Origin: the human T2T-CHM13v2.0 reference genome, Homo sapiens
Assembly: GCF_009914755.1 (NCBI RefSeq)
Contig: NC_060931.1
Reading direction: 5' to 3' (one strand)
Length of the DNA stretch: 64,000 nt
This document shows, piece by piece, positions 62,841 to 64,000 of this stretch. Position 1 is the first letter of the stretch. Every line of letters starts with the position of its first letter. The notes below the pieces were generated by a model. The model did no database searches and had not been told where the DNA came from. It worked only from the letters and a program-made list of their open reading frames with translations. Made by a program: the position numbers and the translations under genes.

Positions 62841-64000
62841 TGCATGAAGCTATCTGTTACAATCTGTGGCACTGATATTTCACAAAAGAATTCTGTGCCA
62901 ATCTGAGCCCCTGCATTGTGCCTTCAAATGCTCCTGGACTGTGGCAACCAAGTCCGTAAGAAATAGGACCTCCAGGTTCCGCCCCAGGGAGGTTGGAATT
63001 CAGCAATATAAAAAGGGTGGTGGTGCCGCAGGAAAGGGTGGAACTGGAAACACTCCTGGTTTCTTACTTTTCTCCAAGGACTCCTAGAAGGACCCCACCC
63101 CCCTCCCCCTGCTCCTAGGTAGGACAACATGATCACTGTATTCAGCTCCATCAAGAATGGTCCAGGTTCTTCTAGATGATCTGCACAAATGGTTCCTCTC
63201 CTTCTTCCTGGTGTCTGCCATTAGCATTGGAATAAAGTTCCTGCTGAAAATCCACATCTCCCCTGGGTCCGGTGTTCTGGAAGTGAGAGAGACGATGTCA
63301 CACTTCAAGGAGGCAGCTCTCTAGACAGGAAGGTTATTCACGTCCCATGTGAAGTCTAGAGTTCAGAGCAATTGAGAAATGCAATTGTATCTCCTGCCTT
63401 TCATTCTATACCCTGCTTCTGAACCATCGTGTTCAACTGTGAAACTCACACTTTGGTGACCATGACTCCAAAACTCACTTAATACACCCAAGGTCAGCCC
63501 CAGTGATGTGCTTCATAGCAAGGACTTTGGGTGGGTTTGCCTAGGGAGTAGGGCACCCTCAGAGAATGTGGCTTTGGACTTCATCACAGCTGGGGCCTTT
63601 TGTGTCACTTAAGATCTAAACTTGTAACCATGCTAGATGTGTTTTTAATGTGACAACATCACGAACCACGAGTCCAGAAGCCTGATCCTTAATCCTACCT
63701 CCTCATGATGAAGTCTCATGCTCTGTGCTCACCGTGGTTAGCTGCACAAGATGTAAACCAAAGCTTCACTGAACCCTCGACCCAAATCGGTAACTCAAGT
63801 GCGTCAATCATAATGAACCTCCCCAAACTCAGTATTTATGATTATTTTTGAGGCAGGGTCTCACTCTGTCGCCCAGACTGGAGTGCAGTGGCAGGATCAG
63901 GGCTCCGTGCAGCCCCGACCTTCCAGGCTCCAGTGATCCTCCCGCCTCAGCCTCCTGAGTAGTTGGGAGTAGAGATGCGTCCCACATCACCTGGCTAATT

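Larger units (their letters stand above)
61800..63276 (-). other. 3' terminal exon of a SPDYE (Speedy/RINGO E) family gene or pseudogene; by locus order probably SPDYE7P; upstream exons lie beyond the window
   Basis: Acceptor tctctctcacttccAG|AACACCGGACCCAGGGGAG (AG at 63278-63277). Sequence recalled as SPDYE 3' exon. Minus-strand AATAAA at 61830-61825. Paralog identity cannot be resolved by eye. Confidence 0.75.

Overview
Human (primate) genomic DNA, extremely Alu-dense. I recognise it as the chromosome 7q11 segmental-duplication locus with TYW1B (minus strand; first five spliced exons, 241 codons in window) head-to-head with the unprocessed pseudogene SBDSP1 (plus strand, all five exons). 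The two share a split CpG-island promoter. Downstream are about 25 kb of repeat-rich intergenic DNA (a 7SL retrocopy, solo LTRs, old L1, DNA transposons) and the 3' terminal exon of a SPDYE-family gene on the minus strand. Nearly all ORFs in the supplied track are Alu or L1 translations. Gene and repeat names come from recall, not database searches. I found no convincing wholly new biological system. The best leads are: (1) an intact 138-nt TYW1 exon encoding the flavodoxin FMN-binding loop whose donor reads TT instead of GT; (2) a spliced 152-codon ORF surviving in SBDSP1 exons 3-5; (3) a degenerate ~91-bp CCAAT/GC-box/palindrome repeat and a perfect 13-bp inverted repeat in the promoter; (4) two promoter-flanking Alus whose poly(A) tails are replaced by G-tracts; (5) several unusual retrotransposition footprints (tailless internally primed L1, solo LTR inside an Alu, U6 fragment inside a tandem duplication).
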